Below, in pieces: positions 30,493 to 40,100 of a stretch of DNA of 64,000 nt. The stretch lies in IMG/VR virus record IMGVR_UViG_3300044568_002560; one strand, given 5' to 3'. This DNA is from an uncultured virus (IMG/VR IMGVR_UViG_3300044568_002560) (lineage: Duplodnaviria; Heunggongvirae; Uroviricota; Caudoviricetes; Ackermannviridae). Both the position numbers and the translations under genes were made by a program. Numbering within the stretch: position 1 is the stretch's first letter; each line of letters begins with the position of its first letter. The notes below the pieces were generated by a model, which was given only the letters and a program-made list of their open reading frames with translations, searched no databases and was not told where the DNA came from.

Positions 30493-31173
30493 TCAACCAA
30501 TAAGAAACCCGTTCCACTGCGAATATCCTGCTGGATACGGGCTACCCACATATTTAACATTCATATAGTCCCCAATGTTTAAGTGCTGTATAGAAGTACC
30601 AGACACGGTGTAATAATTTATGTAATTTGTAGTGGGAGTATATGGGCTTTGTGAAATAACATGGTTCTTTGCTGCATTTTTTGCAAAATGCCAACTACCA
30701 CTTTCGGTAGTTATTCCCGGTCTAACATAAAAAAAGATTGAAGCAGAGAAAAAATAGTAGCCCTCAACAGGAGCAGTAAACCGTCCATTGGTGTTGTTAT
30801 AGCAACTACCCACATTCAAGTTAACACTATCAAAAATCAAATCATCATAAGAAAGTGCTTCCGTATTTGGTATTGGATCTGGAGTGGTCGAAATTGCAAC
30901 GGCGAACGCTGGATTAGTGTTCTTCATCGTACCATTCACTTGTAAAGCCACAGTTGCCGCAGTCGGGATAGTGGTTCCAATACCCATATTTCCGGTGCAG
31001 TAGAGTCCTGTAGACTTTACTGTTCCGTTTACATCTAGAGGAGTGGCTGGCGATGCTGTACCTATTCCTATGTTTCCACCCGTCAGAATACGCAGTCTTT
31101 CAGTTGCACTAGTAGAAAAGAGCAAATCAGAAGACGCTAAAGATGTAATGGTGTTGGAATTTATTGTACTCAT
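30493..31173 (-). CDS. Short fibre-tip protein with C1q-like head (paralogue A)
   Basis: GNIGIGT fibre repeats, then PAF...GRFTAPVEGYYFF...NGFLI C1q signature. Confidence 0.8.
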   Translation of the reverse strand: MSTINSNTITSLASSDLLFSTSATERLRILTGGNIGIGTASPATPLDVNGTVKSTGLYCTGNMGIGTTIPTAATVALQVNGTMKNTNPAFAVAISTTPDPIPNTEALSYDDLIFDSVNLNVGSCYNNTNGRFTAPVEGYYFFSASIFFYVRPGITTESGSWHFAKNAAKNHVISQSPYTPTTNYINYYTVSGTSIQHLNIGDYMNVKYVGSPYPAGYSQWNGFLIG

Positions 31174-31180
31174 TTAGATG

Positions 31181-31852
31181 TTAGCCTATAAACTGACCAT
31201 TAAAATTTGAATACCCAGTCGAATACGGACTTCCCTTATAGTATACGCTAATGGTATTAGTCGCAGCCAGCGTTACAGCGTAACTTCCACTTATACTAGT
31301 GTAGTTTATGCGATTAGATGTGTTTGTATTTGGCCCATGAAAAATTTGGCTACTCTGTGCGCCATTTTTTGCAAAGTACCAAAATCCATAAGAATTGTTG
31401 GCTGTGTTGCCGCTTATGGTAAAAAACAAATTAGCAGAGAAAAAATATACACCCGCAACAGGTGCAGTAAATCGTCCGTCGCCAGTATTAAAAGCACCAG
31501 CAGTATCTAAATCTTTAGAATTCCATACCAATTCTCCGGCTGATGCTGTAAACCCAACCACTGGGGGGGTGGTGGAATAACTTACTTCAAACACCGGATT
31601 GGTGTTCTTGACCGTACCAACCACATGTAGAGCCACAGACGGGTTAGCGGTTCCGATACCCACATTTCCGGTGCAATACATTCCGGTTGATTTTACTGTT
31701 CCGTTTACATCAAGTGCACAACTGGGATTTCGTGTACCAATTCCAACATTTCCATCAGAAGATACACGCATTCGCTCTGTTGCATTGGTGGAAAACAGCA
31801 AAGAGTCTAGCGAATTAACTGTTTGAATGGTATTGCTTCTTAATGTACTCAT
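31181..31852 (-). CDS. Short fibre-tip protein with C1q-like head (paralogue B)
   Basis: GNVGIGT repeats, GRFTAPVAGVYFF, FNGQFIG. Confidence 0.8.
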   Translation of the reverse strand: MSTLRSNTIQTVNSLDSLLFSTNATERMRVSSDGNVGIGTRNPSCALDVNGTVKSTGMYCTGNVGIGTANPSVALHVVGTVKNTNPVFEVSYSTTPPVVGFTASAGELVWNSKDLDTAGAFNTGDGRFTAPVAGVYFFSANLFFTISGNTANNSYGFWYFAKNGAQSSQIFHGPNTNTSNRINYTSISGSYAVTLAATNTISVYYKGSPYSTGYSNFNGQFIG

Positions 31853-32426
31853 TATAGTATCAACCTATAAAATAGCCGTTAAAATTGGCGTAGTCTGAAA
31901 TATACGGCTGTCCTCTATAGAGGACACTAATTCGATCATTAACTGCTAAATCTATAATCAAAGTACCACTAATACTAGCATAGTTGAGTATATTAGTTGT
32001 ACCCGGTGAAGGCCCATAAAAAAATGGAGAATTTCTTGGTTGTGTTGCTGTGGTTCCACTAGTTACAGTATTATTTTTCGAAAAAAAGAAAAGCCCGTAC
32101 TGTCTACTGGTTGATTCTCCGTCTATTTTGAAAAATATATTAGACGAAAAAAAGTATTTACCCGCAACAGGTGCAGTAAACCGTCCGTTTGTTGTATTGA
32201 AAGCAGAAGCCGTATCTATGACTTTGGTATCCCACACTAATTCACGATTATTCGCTGTTGGCGAAACCGCAGCAGCAGTAGGAGTTACGGTATATGTTAC
32301 TTCAAACACCGGATTGGTGTTCTTGACCGTACCAACCACTTGTAGAGGCACAGATGGGCTAGCGGTTCCAATACCCACATTTCCGGTGCAATACATTCCG
32401 GTTGATTTTACCGTCCCGTTTACATC
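31582..32426. repeat. 130-bp near-identical direct repeat shared by C1q paralogues B and C
   Basis: 31582-31711 versus 32297-32426, 7 mismatches by manual alignment. Confidence 0.9.
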
Positions 32427-32567
32427 CAACAGGGTGCTTGGAGTCGATGTACCTATTCCTATGTTTCCACTCGTCAGAATACGCAGCCTTTCAGATTCAT
32501 TGGTTTTCAATACCAAAGGGTCTGAACCAGTAAGCGGCTGAATGGTGTTGGCTTTTATTGTTCCCAT
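31860..32567 (-). CDS. Short fibre-tip protein with C1q-like head (paralogue C)
   Basis: GNIGIGT repeats, GRFTAPVAGKYFF, FNGYFIG. Confidence 0.8.
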   Translation of the reverse strand: MGTIKANTIQPLTGSDPLVLKTNESERLRILTSGNIGIGTSTPSTLLDVNGTVKSTGMYCTGNVGIGTASPSVPLQVVGTVKNTNPVFEVTYTVTPTAAAVSPTANNRELVWDTKVIDTASAFNTTNGRFTAPVAGKYFFSSNIFFKIDGESTSRQYGLFFFSKNNTVTSGTTATQPRNSPFFYGPSPGTTNILNYASISGTLIIDLAVNDRISVLYRGQPYISDYANFNGYFIG

Positions 32568-32575
32568 TTATAACC

Positions 32576-32887
32576 TTATTTATCAGAGATACGCTGTAGT
32601 TCTCCCAATACTTTTCCATTAGATTTCAGCGTAATGTGCGTCTCCCCAATAAAATACAGTAGTTCGTTCTTTTGTCGGATAGGCAGTTCTGTTATTTTTT
32701 GATAACCGTCTTCAATTTCCACTATGCCTCTGTCTTTGTCTGGGCACTCACAATTTGGATCGTAATATGCGTTTGCCCTGTATACCCAAATATACACTAA
32801 CGGACACACAGACGGATTGGGCACACACGACACCTTTGGGTACAGAAAACGAAAAAAATCAAAAGGGCTGTCAAAAATTTTAGGCAC
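32576..32887 (-). CDS. Small Cys-containing hypothetical protein
   Basis: 103 aa; FDSPFDF...C...W.YRA..YYD..C.C...LKSNGKVLG aligns with 26731..27042. Confidence 0.7.
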   Translation of the reverse strand: MPKIFDSPFDFFRFLYPKVSCVPNPSVCPLVYIWVYRANAYYDPNCECPDKDRGIVEIEDGYQKITELPIRQKNELLYFIGETHITLKSNGKVLGELQRISDK

Positions 32888-32903
32888 GGGTGTATCTACA
32901 GAA

Positions 32904-33506
32904 TTAAGAATTCTTTATAACATAAACCATACTACTGGTTTGTATAACTGTGCCTGCACTTGTGCTAACATTAGTCACGATGTTACCAGTAGTTTCAGCG
33001 GTAACATCCCTATTAGATATTTTGATGGGAATAACAAATGAATCGTAATTTTCTATATTTCCTCCTTGAGAAGTTGTGCTTATAGTATTACCAATTCCCC
33101 CCCAGTTAAATGATGCGCTTATTGTTGGGAGTGCTCCACCAGCATTTTGAACATATCCAATGATTTCTGCATAAAATGTGTAGTTTCCCGGTGGAAGTGT
33201 CATGCTTTGGGAAGCAGAAAGTTCAGCACTTGAATGGTAATATACACGATTTGTATCAAGTAATCTATCAATGTAACTTTTAGTCACTAAATGATCTGGA
33301 GAAACAGGAGTAGCATTACAAGTTAACAGAGACGCAGAAGTAAAACCACTCTGAAACAACGACTGTCCTGTTATTGTGAGGTTTCCGCTTGAAAGGGTCA
33401 GTCCACCACCACAAGAGAAATCAGAATAAACCGAAAGATCCCCACCAACCGAAACAGAAGGGGTTCCAGACAGAGGACTCACAGTTGCAATGGTAATATC
33501 GCTCAT
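32904..33506 (-). CDS. Short fibre-like protein
   Basis: HLVTKSYID motif, LPPGNY; paralogous to the next two genes. Confidence 0.7.
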   Translation of the reverse strand: MSDITIATVSPLSGTPSVSVGGDLSVYSDFSCGGGLTLSSGNLTITGQSLFQSGFTSASLLTCNATPVSPDHLVTKSYIDRLLDTNRVYYHSSAELSASQSMTLPPGNYTFYAEIIGYVQNAGGALPTISASFNWGGIGNTISTTSQGGNIENYDSFVIPIKISNRDVTAETTGNIVTNVSTSAGTVIQTSSMVYVIKNS

Positions 33507-33507
33507 T

Positions 33508-34131
33508 TTATGCTGCGTAAAAAGAAACTGTACACGAGTACGGATCTGGTACGCCTACTGTTGCAGTTGCAGATATAGTCAAAGTATTACTCGTGGTTGT
33601 AAGCAGTTCGAATGACGAAGACACAGCAATATTTTTAGTAACATCCCAAAGATAACCACCACACCCTGTTGCCTTTCCAATACGATGACCTGTGGTGTTA
33701 GATGCAGAAACAACACTTCCCCATGTGGCATCCAATGTACTAGTACTATTAGCCGCACCACCACCACCATTAACAAACAGCGCGTAAATAGCATCCACTT
33801 TCATTTTATATGTTCCTGGAGGCAGCGTAATTACCGCTAATCCGCCTACAAATGCTCCAAAAGCATAAAAGTACACCAACTGTCCCTTTTGTATATTTCT
33901 GCCGTCAACATACCCTTTATTTGCCAGATGAGAGGCTAGTGTTGGTGTGGCTGCACAACTACAAATACTTTTTGCCAAAACAGTATCAAAAGTGGAGTTT
34001 CCTGAAATATATGAAGTGCCGTTCACATTTAGATTGTTGCTCACGGTTATTCCGTACAGGGTGGAAAGCACGCTACTCACACACATTGGTGATCCGGCTT
34101 CATTTATAGTTTTTACTTTTAGGTTGCTCAT
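33508..34131 (-). CDS. Short fibre-like protein
   Basis: HLANKGYVD motif, LPPGTY. Confidence 0.7.
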   Translation of the reverse strand: MSNLKVKTINEAGSPMCVSSVLSTLYGITVSNNLNVNGTSYISGNSTFDTVLAKSICSCAATPTLASHLANKGYVDGRNIQKGQLVYFYAFGAFVGGLAVITLPPGTYKMKVDAIYALFVNGGGGAANSTSTLDATWGSVVSASNTTGHRIGKATGCGGYLWDVTKNIAVSSSFELLTTTSNTLTISATATVGVPDPYSCTVSFYAA

Positions 34132-34132
34132 A

Positions 34133-34852
34133 TTAGGCTGAAAAAATGTAAACTTTAATACTACTCAATACAAAGTTCGTTGTAGTGGGCGTTAAGTCGC
34201 TTCTGACCACGGTTACAGAAAAATTTGTAATATCGTTGTTTGTTATGGAAATTGGTGGGCTAATTATTCCAATTGCACCGTTATTCTTGAGTGTTCCTAT
34301 TGATCCACCACACCCTCCACCAGAAGAATAGTACCCTGCTTTCATTTCTTTGACATCTCTATATCCAGCAAATGTATAAGAAATGGTTGCCTTCAAGTTT
34401 CCATTATAAACACTAGAACGGTAAACATCTGTGCCGTCCGGTACATTAACAGAAGCAGCAGTTCCAACATAAATTCCTTCAGCATACAGTTTATAGTTTC
34501 CATCAAGCAGATTCGTTATGTTTCCCCATACTGTTGTGGGAACAGTAGGATAATCCCATGCTGTAATTTCGCTTCCAGTAAAGGCTTTAAAATATACCAG
34601 TTTTCCGCTACTGTTGTTTAATAGCGCATCAGTATACGACTTGTTTGCCAAATGCTGTGATGCTGTGGGAGCAACAGAACACGACACAGGAGAAGTAAAC
34701 ACCGCACCGTTTGCAAGTGTAACCAATCCGTTTGCGTTATAGTTTCCACTCACAGTCATTTTTTGCCCAACTGTGCAACCAGCAGCAACAACAGAACCAA
34801 CTTCAAGTGATCCTGATGTGGAAACCAAATTGTTTACATTAAGGATGCTCAT
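34133..34852 (-). CDS. Short fibre-like protein
   Basis: HLANKSYTD motif, LLDGNY. Confidence 0.7.
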   Translation of the reverse strand: MSILNVNNLVSTSGSLEVGSVVAAGCTVGQKMTVSGNYNANGLVTLANGAVFTSPVSCSVAPTASQHLANKSYTDALLNNSSGKLVYFKAFTGSEITAWDYPTVPTTVWGNITNLLDGNYKLYAEGIYVGTAASVNVPDGTDVYRSSVYNGNLKATISYTFAGYRDVKEMKAGYYSSGGGCGGSIGTLKNNGAIGIISPPISITNNDITNFSVTVVRSDLTPTTTNFVLSSIKVYIFSA

Positions 34853-34867
34853 ATGACACCAAACACA

Positions 34868-35503
34868 TCAAGCAAAAACAGCCACATATATTTCTGAAAG
34901 ATCGAATTTTGTAGGACCGTTACTAACAACTATCGTGAAACTGCTTGCGCTTTTCAGATATCGAGTATCTCCTGCTACTGGAGCAGCAGTATTTGCAGAA
35001 TAAATTTGAGGGTTGCCTTTACTTTGGTCGCTTTGGGTATAAGATATATTATTTGCAAGTATAACATAATTTGCAGACGGCATTGCCGTAGTAAAAGTTA
35101 TTGTGTATAATCCTGTCGAAACCCTAGTAACTGTGCAATTTGCAGAGTTCGAAACAGACCCATTAAATCCATTAAACACAATCCACGCTCTTGCTCCGTA
35201 TATGGGAGCACTTCCATTTGGATTACTTAATGTGCTAGTCCCTAATTGTATTCCATTGCTAAATTTTGTCAAAGAACTCATAGTGACTCCTCCAGTCACC
35301 GTCATAGTAGAGCCGAATGTCACCGCGCCATTAAATGTTGCAGAACTATTCACAGTTAGCGCGCTATTAAGCGTTACTCCACTAGAAAAATAAGCAGCAC
35401 CACTCACAGTCACTCCACCGGCTACAGTTAAACCAGCAAGAGAACCTCCAAGAGTAAGAGTTGATCCAATTGGACTTATATTATTTGCTTTAATAGTACT
35501 CAT
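34868..35503 (-). CDS. Short fibre-like protein with a distinct beta-sandwich head
   Basis: MSTIKANNI start; ARAWIVFNG...TGLYTITFTTAMPSANY head seen in phage fibre tips. Confidence 0.7.
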   Translation of the reverse strand: MSTIKANNISPIGSTLTLGGSLAGLTVAGGVTVSGAAYFSSGVTLNSALTVNSSATFNGAVTFGSTMTVTGGVTMSSLTKFSNGIQLGTSTLSNPNGSAPIYGARAWIVFNGFNGSVSNSANCTVTRVSTGLYTITFTTAMPSANYVILANNISYTQSDQSKGNPQIYSANTAAPVAGDTRYLKSASSFTIVVSNGPTKFDLSEIYVAVFA

Positions 35504-35521
35504 GTCTGTGTTTATTCCTGT

Positions 35522-36958
35522 TTACAGAATTACGATATATCCACCGGTTTGTACTGTGAGTGTTGCACCGCTTGGCACAACTAGAGTTCCTGCGATAAAC
35601 GCATTTTCATCGGCTGCTACTGTTATTCCAGCAGAAGGCAGAGTCATGCCCTTGTTTACAAAGAAACCATTAGATGGAATGCGAATGTCACCACGAACTT
35701 CTAGTTTGGCTGTGCTGGCAGGATACAGTCGTGGAGTCACAGCACCCTGCGTCAATCCAATTGCCACAGTTTTGTTGCAATACAGCCCACCACTCAACCC
35801 TATTGAGCCTGAACAAATACCTGATGCGTCTGTATATTCAAAAACAAATCCTCCACACGCACCAAGTGCTAAACCTTGATTGTATTGTACATACCTGTCC
35901 AAGCCAGTTGCGCCGTCTGCTGCTTTCCACGATAGTGATCCGCCACCGTCAGTGAATAAAACCTGACCAGCACTACCATCACCAGATGGCAAAGTCCATG
36001 TGGTATTACTTGTAACTCCTGTGGGTGCTCGGAATGCCACCCAATGGCTAGAATCTGCGTCAGCAAAACGGAGAGGAGTTTGTCCGAACAATAACACGGA
36101 ACCACAAACACCCAAGGTTGCACTTGTTGAGGTGCTGCCAACCGTTGTATTTCCTGTTACTTGTAGGGTGGAAGCAGTAACACCACCAGCAAATCGTGCA
36201 GCACCAGTATGATTGGTTGTGGACGCAAAAGTAGCACCACCACCAACATAGAATACACCAGCAAAGGTTGAACCACCTGATCCGTAAATGTTGGCTGCAC
36301 TCAAGCCACCGCCAACCGAAACATTAGATGCAAAGGTTGATCCAACAGATCCACCGTAGATGCTAGACGCGCTCAAGCCACCAGCAAATCGTGCAGCACC
36401 AGTATGATCGGTAGTGGACGCAAAAGTAGCACCACCACCAACATAGAATACACCAGCAAAGGTTGAACCACCTGATCCGTAAATGTTGGCTGCACTCAAG
36501 CCACCGCCAACAGAAACACTGGACGCAAAAGTTGATCCACTTGATGCGTAAATAGTAGACGCACTCAATCCATTAGCAAATGCAACAATAGATGCAAAGG
36601 TAGAACCCCCGCCCACATACAGACGATCAGCACTCAAGCCACCCGTAGTCCATATTCCAGCAATAGCCGTAATACCCCTGCTGCTGTACACACCCGCAGC
36701 AGTAATACCGTTAGAAAACACAATCCGCTGCGTAAAGGTCAAGCCTTCTGTGATTGTGGGAGCCAAAGATGCGCTCCACGCACCTGTGGAACCGTAAGTC
36801 ACACCAATAGAACCGCTTCCAACAGCGTCATAAATCTTGAGTTTGTTCAGTTTGTAAATAGCCGTATTGGTAGCGTCTCTCCAAAAGTTGAAGGTGTCAC
36901 CCAACTGTACTTCGGGGATGGTGTATGTATTGTTATCTGGTCCTGTGCTACCGGGCAT
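35522..36958 (-). CDS. Tail fibre shaft protein
   Basis: GDTFNFWRDATN N-terminus, GGLSA/GSTFA repeats, TWTLPSGDG, C-terminal NAFIAGTLVVPSGATLTV. Confidence 0.8.
   Translation of the reverse strand: MPGSTGPDNNTYTIPEVQLGDTFNFWRDATNTAIYKLNKLKIYDAVGSGSIGVTYGSTGAWSASLAPTITEGLTFTQRIVFSNGITAAGVYSSRGITAIAGIWTTGGLSADRLYVGGGSTFASIVAFANGLSASTIYASSGSTFASSVSVGGGLSAANIYGSGGSTFAGVFYVGGGATFASTTDHTGAARFAGGLSASSIYGGSVGSTFASNVSVGGGLSAANIYGSGGSTFAGVFYVGGGATFASTTNHTGAARFAGGVTASTLQVTGNTTVGSTSTSATLGVCGSVLLFGQTPLRFADADSSHWVAFRAPTGVTSNTTWTLPSGDGSAGQVLFTDGGGSLSWKAADGATGLDRYVQYNQGLALGACGGFVFEYTDASGICSGSIGLSGGLYCNKTVAIGLTQGAVTPRLYPASTAKLEVRGDIRIPSNGFFVNKGMTLPSAGITVAADENAFIAGTLVVPSGATLTVQTGGYIVIL
36183..36511. repeat. 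Internal direct repeat in the fibre gene, period 195 bp (65 aa)
   Basis: 36183-36316 nearly identical to 36378-36511. Confidence 0.9.
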
Positions 36959-36961
36959 TCG

Positions 36962-37138
36962 TTAGTCCTTTTTGTGGGCTTCCAAACGAAGCAATCGCTC
37001 GTTCAATGTATCTATCTGGGATTGTAATCCTTTAATTGTTTCTCGCAACGCTTCCTTTTCACGAATTTGGGATAAAATATTTGAGTCGCCTAGAACCACA
37101 CCCCGACCGTTTGCGTTTTTTATGTATTTACCAATCAT
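36962..37138 (-). CDS. Small coiled-coil protein (58 aa)
   Basis: Manual ORF MIGKYIKNANG...LNERLLRLEAHKKD with an ATGA overlap to the upstream gene. Confidence 0.7.
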   Translation of the reverse strand: MIGKYIKNANGRGVVLGDSNILSQIREKEALRETIKGLQSQIDTLNERLLRLEAHKKD

Positions 37139-40100
37139 ACTGTTCGGAGGCTAGCCATTCGCAAGTTACGAATCGCGGGCAACACAGAATAGGTCTTGGT
37201 TTGGTCGGTGATTACTGTCGAGTCAATTGTGAATACTAGTTTGATCTGATACCCACGAATACCTGTTGTGTTGTCAAATAGTGCCCATCGTGTTGGACGG
37301 AAATCGTATTCACTCTTGGACAGGTTAGAAGCCGCTGTAAACGGAATCTTGGGGCTACCAATTCCTTCAACGGCAGTCATAGCCACCCACGATTGACCAA
37401 ACAAATCAGACTCACCACGATTAGTATACCGCACATACGCACGAACTTGAGAACCGTATGGGCAGCACACTTCTGCTGTTGCAAATATTCCATTAGACAC
37501 CAAGTCTTCGGGCAGGGTTACTGCCTTGGACACATACGCAGACGAAGGCGATGCGGTAGTGTCTGTGGTGGCAATCATGGCAGCACCTACACCAAAGAAC
37601 ACACCTGTATCAACCGCAGGAGACAGATATGACTTGAATGGGATGGATGGGCGAGTCAAAGAGAATCGCAAATCCTTGGTACTGGTATAAACAGAAGACA
37701 GGTACTTGTTTTGATTATTCTGTAGAACCAATGGACTTGATGTGTCTAGAATTATCGCAGAAGTGCAATTCAATGGTGTGATTTGTGGCACATTCACCTT
37801 TATAACTTGACAGTTAGTTATATTTTGATTTGCATAATCTACTGTTCCACTTGAATAATCACCAAACTCGCAACGATTCACAGTAAACGCAATATCGGTT
37901 GACAGGTTTTGAGCAGCAGCACCAACCGACTGTGGTTGATACAGAGTTCCAACGGCAGGATTATTGCCACCACGACCAGTATTTGTAAGATCGACACCTG
38001 AATCGTAAGCACGCAAGGTGTAGTTCTTGCTGTTGGTCATAACAGCAATTGCGTACTCTCCCGGCTCTAAATAAATTGGGCTACTGAAAGTGAATCCTGT
38101 TCCAAGGGGTTCCACAGTACCGCCCACATATCCTGTATTGACCTGTGATGGCATCAAGGTCACGGTAGACATGGGGAAGGAAACCGAAGGTGATGGGTAT
38201 CCGTTTATAGTGGGACGCAACTGCACAGTTACAGGCAGAGTGGTGTCTTTGGTATCAAAATACAGAGTCACGCTGTTTGCGTACACGCCTTCGGGATACG
38301 CCTTTGCGTCAATAATAAAGGTTTGGCAAAGCGGATCAATCCACTGGTTGCTGTTGATGGTTTCTTGAATATTGTCGTAGGAAACATCGCGCTGGAAGGG
38401 GTCTTTAATGATGCCTTCACTTGTAACAGCCTGCCGTCTGTACTCTGGGTTTCGTGTGGAGTACACGCCATCAAACCGCTGACGCACATTTCCACCACAA
38501 TAGAAAATTCCATCGGCTGCTTGTGTGGCGTTCTGTGTGGTTGCGTTATCAGAAATTCGTACAGACTTTTCGCCTGACAGGTATCCTTCGCTGGTGAACG
38601 AGAAAGTGACACCAACGGTTCCGTTTGAGTTGGCAGAAAGCCCACTCTTGACTAGAACGCCGTCCACATACAGATTCAATCCTGTGGAACTTGGACGCAA
38701 TCCGTAAGCAGTAACACCAATATTGTTGTTTACAGGAACATACGGAACCACCGTTCGGTCTACCATTCGGTTGTCAAGTGTCTTGTACTTGGTGCGACCA
38801 ATCAACCTACTAGAGTTCAGCAGATTGCCAACCTTCTGATCGGTTGGTGTGGTGTTTCTGTTGATTGCTGTCTTTTCGTTTCCAGAGTTGGTTGTGGGAA
38901 TAGACGAAGGCGAATTGGTTCTTGGTGTTTCAAGAATTCGCTTCTGAACATCGTCCTTGCCATCGGTTCGGATTTGAGTACCAGTCCATAGGTACTCCCA
39001 ATCGTTCCATTGGGTTCCGAAACCGCGAGCGTTGTTTGCGTTGGAACCAACCCAATTGTCATTCTCTGACATGTTGTTATTGTAAACAACAGGGCGAACA
39101 CCTGTATCAAATCCAGTCTCGTACTGCTTGGTGAACTTCATAAATCCAAGCCAATTAACTGTGCCTGTGGGGTTTACTGCCACGCTCTTGTTGTATCCGT
39201 CATTTGTAATAAGCGGAGTAGAGGTGTAGTCTAAAGTAACCAATCCATCACTAGAAACAGTAGTGCCAGATGATGAAGTAATACCACCCAAACTAAACAG
39301 GTTGTGTGTAAACATTGGGCGCAGTTCACCGTATTGGTAGTCCACAGCGCATCGGTGGTCTTTATCTGAAACATCTCCACCAGCGTGCCCGTAGAAATCA
39401 TCGGTGTAGATTGATGTCTTGATGGGTTCTCCATTCAGACTAGAAACACCAAGCGATGCAGTAGAACCGCCGTTTGCAATATATCCGTCAACTATGGGCT
39501 TGACATCTCGCCCAGCCATTTCGGATTCAGACAGAGATAATTTTGCAAATGTCTCAATCTCATCAACACGCCTTTCCACATTATGAATATCTGTCATGGT
39601 ATACCGACGCACATCGTTCTTTATTACAACAACTTCTTGTGGTCTGTAGGTATAGGCAGGCACAGTTAGTGTAGCCACAGTCATTGAGTTTTCTGTTTCA
39701 GGTGGGGACTGTGGAGATAGTTCAGCAACACCTGAATCAACAGCAAACGATGTTGACAGGTCTGATGGATTAATTTTTAAACTCAACCGATCAATTCGGG
39801 GCAAATAATTGCTCCAAGACACTGTGGTTGCAGACAGCGACTCGTAATCTCCGTATGGCTTCGCATAGATGTTATCTAATGTTGGGCCACTATGTCGGAA
39901 GTCCACGCAGTTAGCCAACGAAACAGTTCGTCCAGTTTTGGGGTTCGTGAACAACGGAATTTGATCGTATGATATACCCAAATACGAGTGCTGCCCAACA
40001 AATGGGCCAAAGGTGGTTCCACCGTGTTGGAAATAATTGTATGAGCATGTAACAGTTTTATTAAGAGGAAGAGTATATGTACCTTCTTTTGATTTCTTGC

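Noticed and set aside
30493..36958. Diversity-generating retroelement or invertible shufflon
   Set aside because: No reverse transcriptase or invertase in the window; repeats are direct, lie in stalk regions, and mismatches are not adenine-specific.
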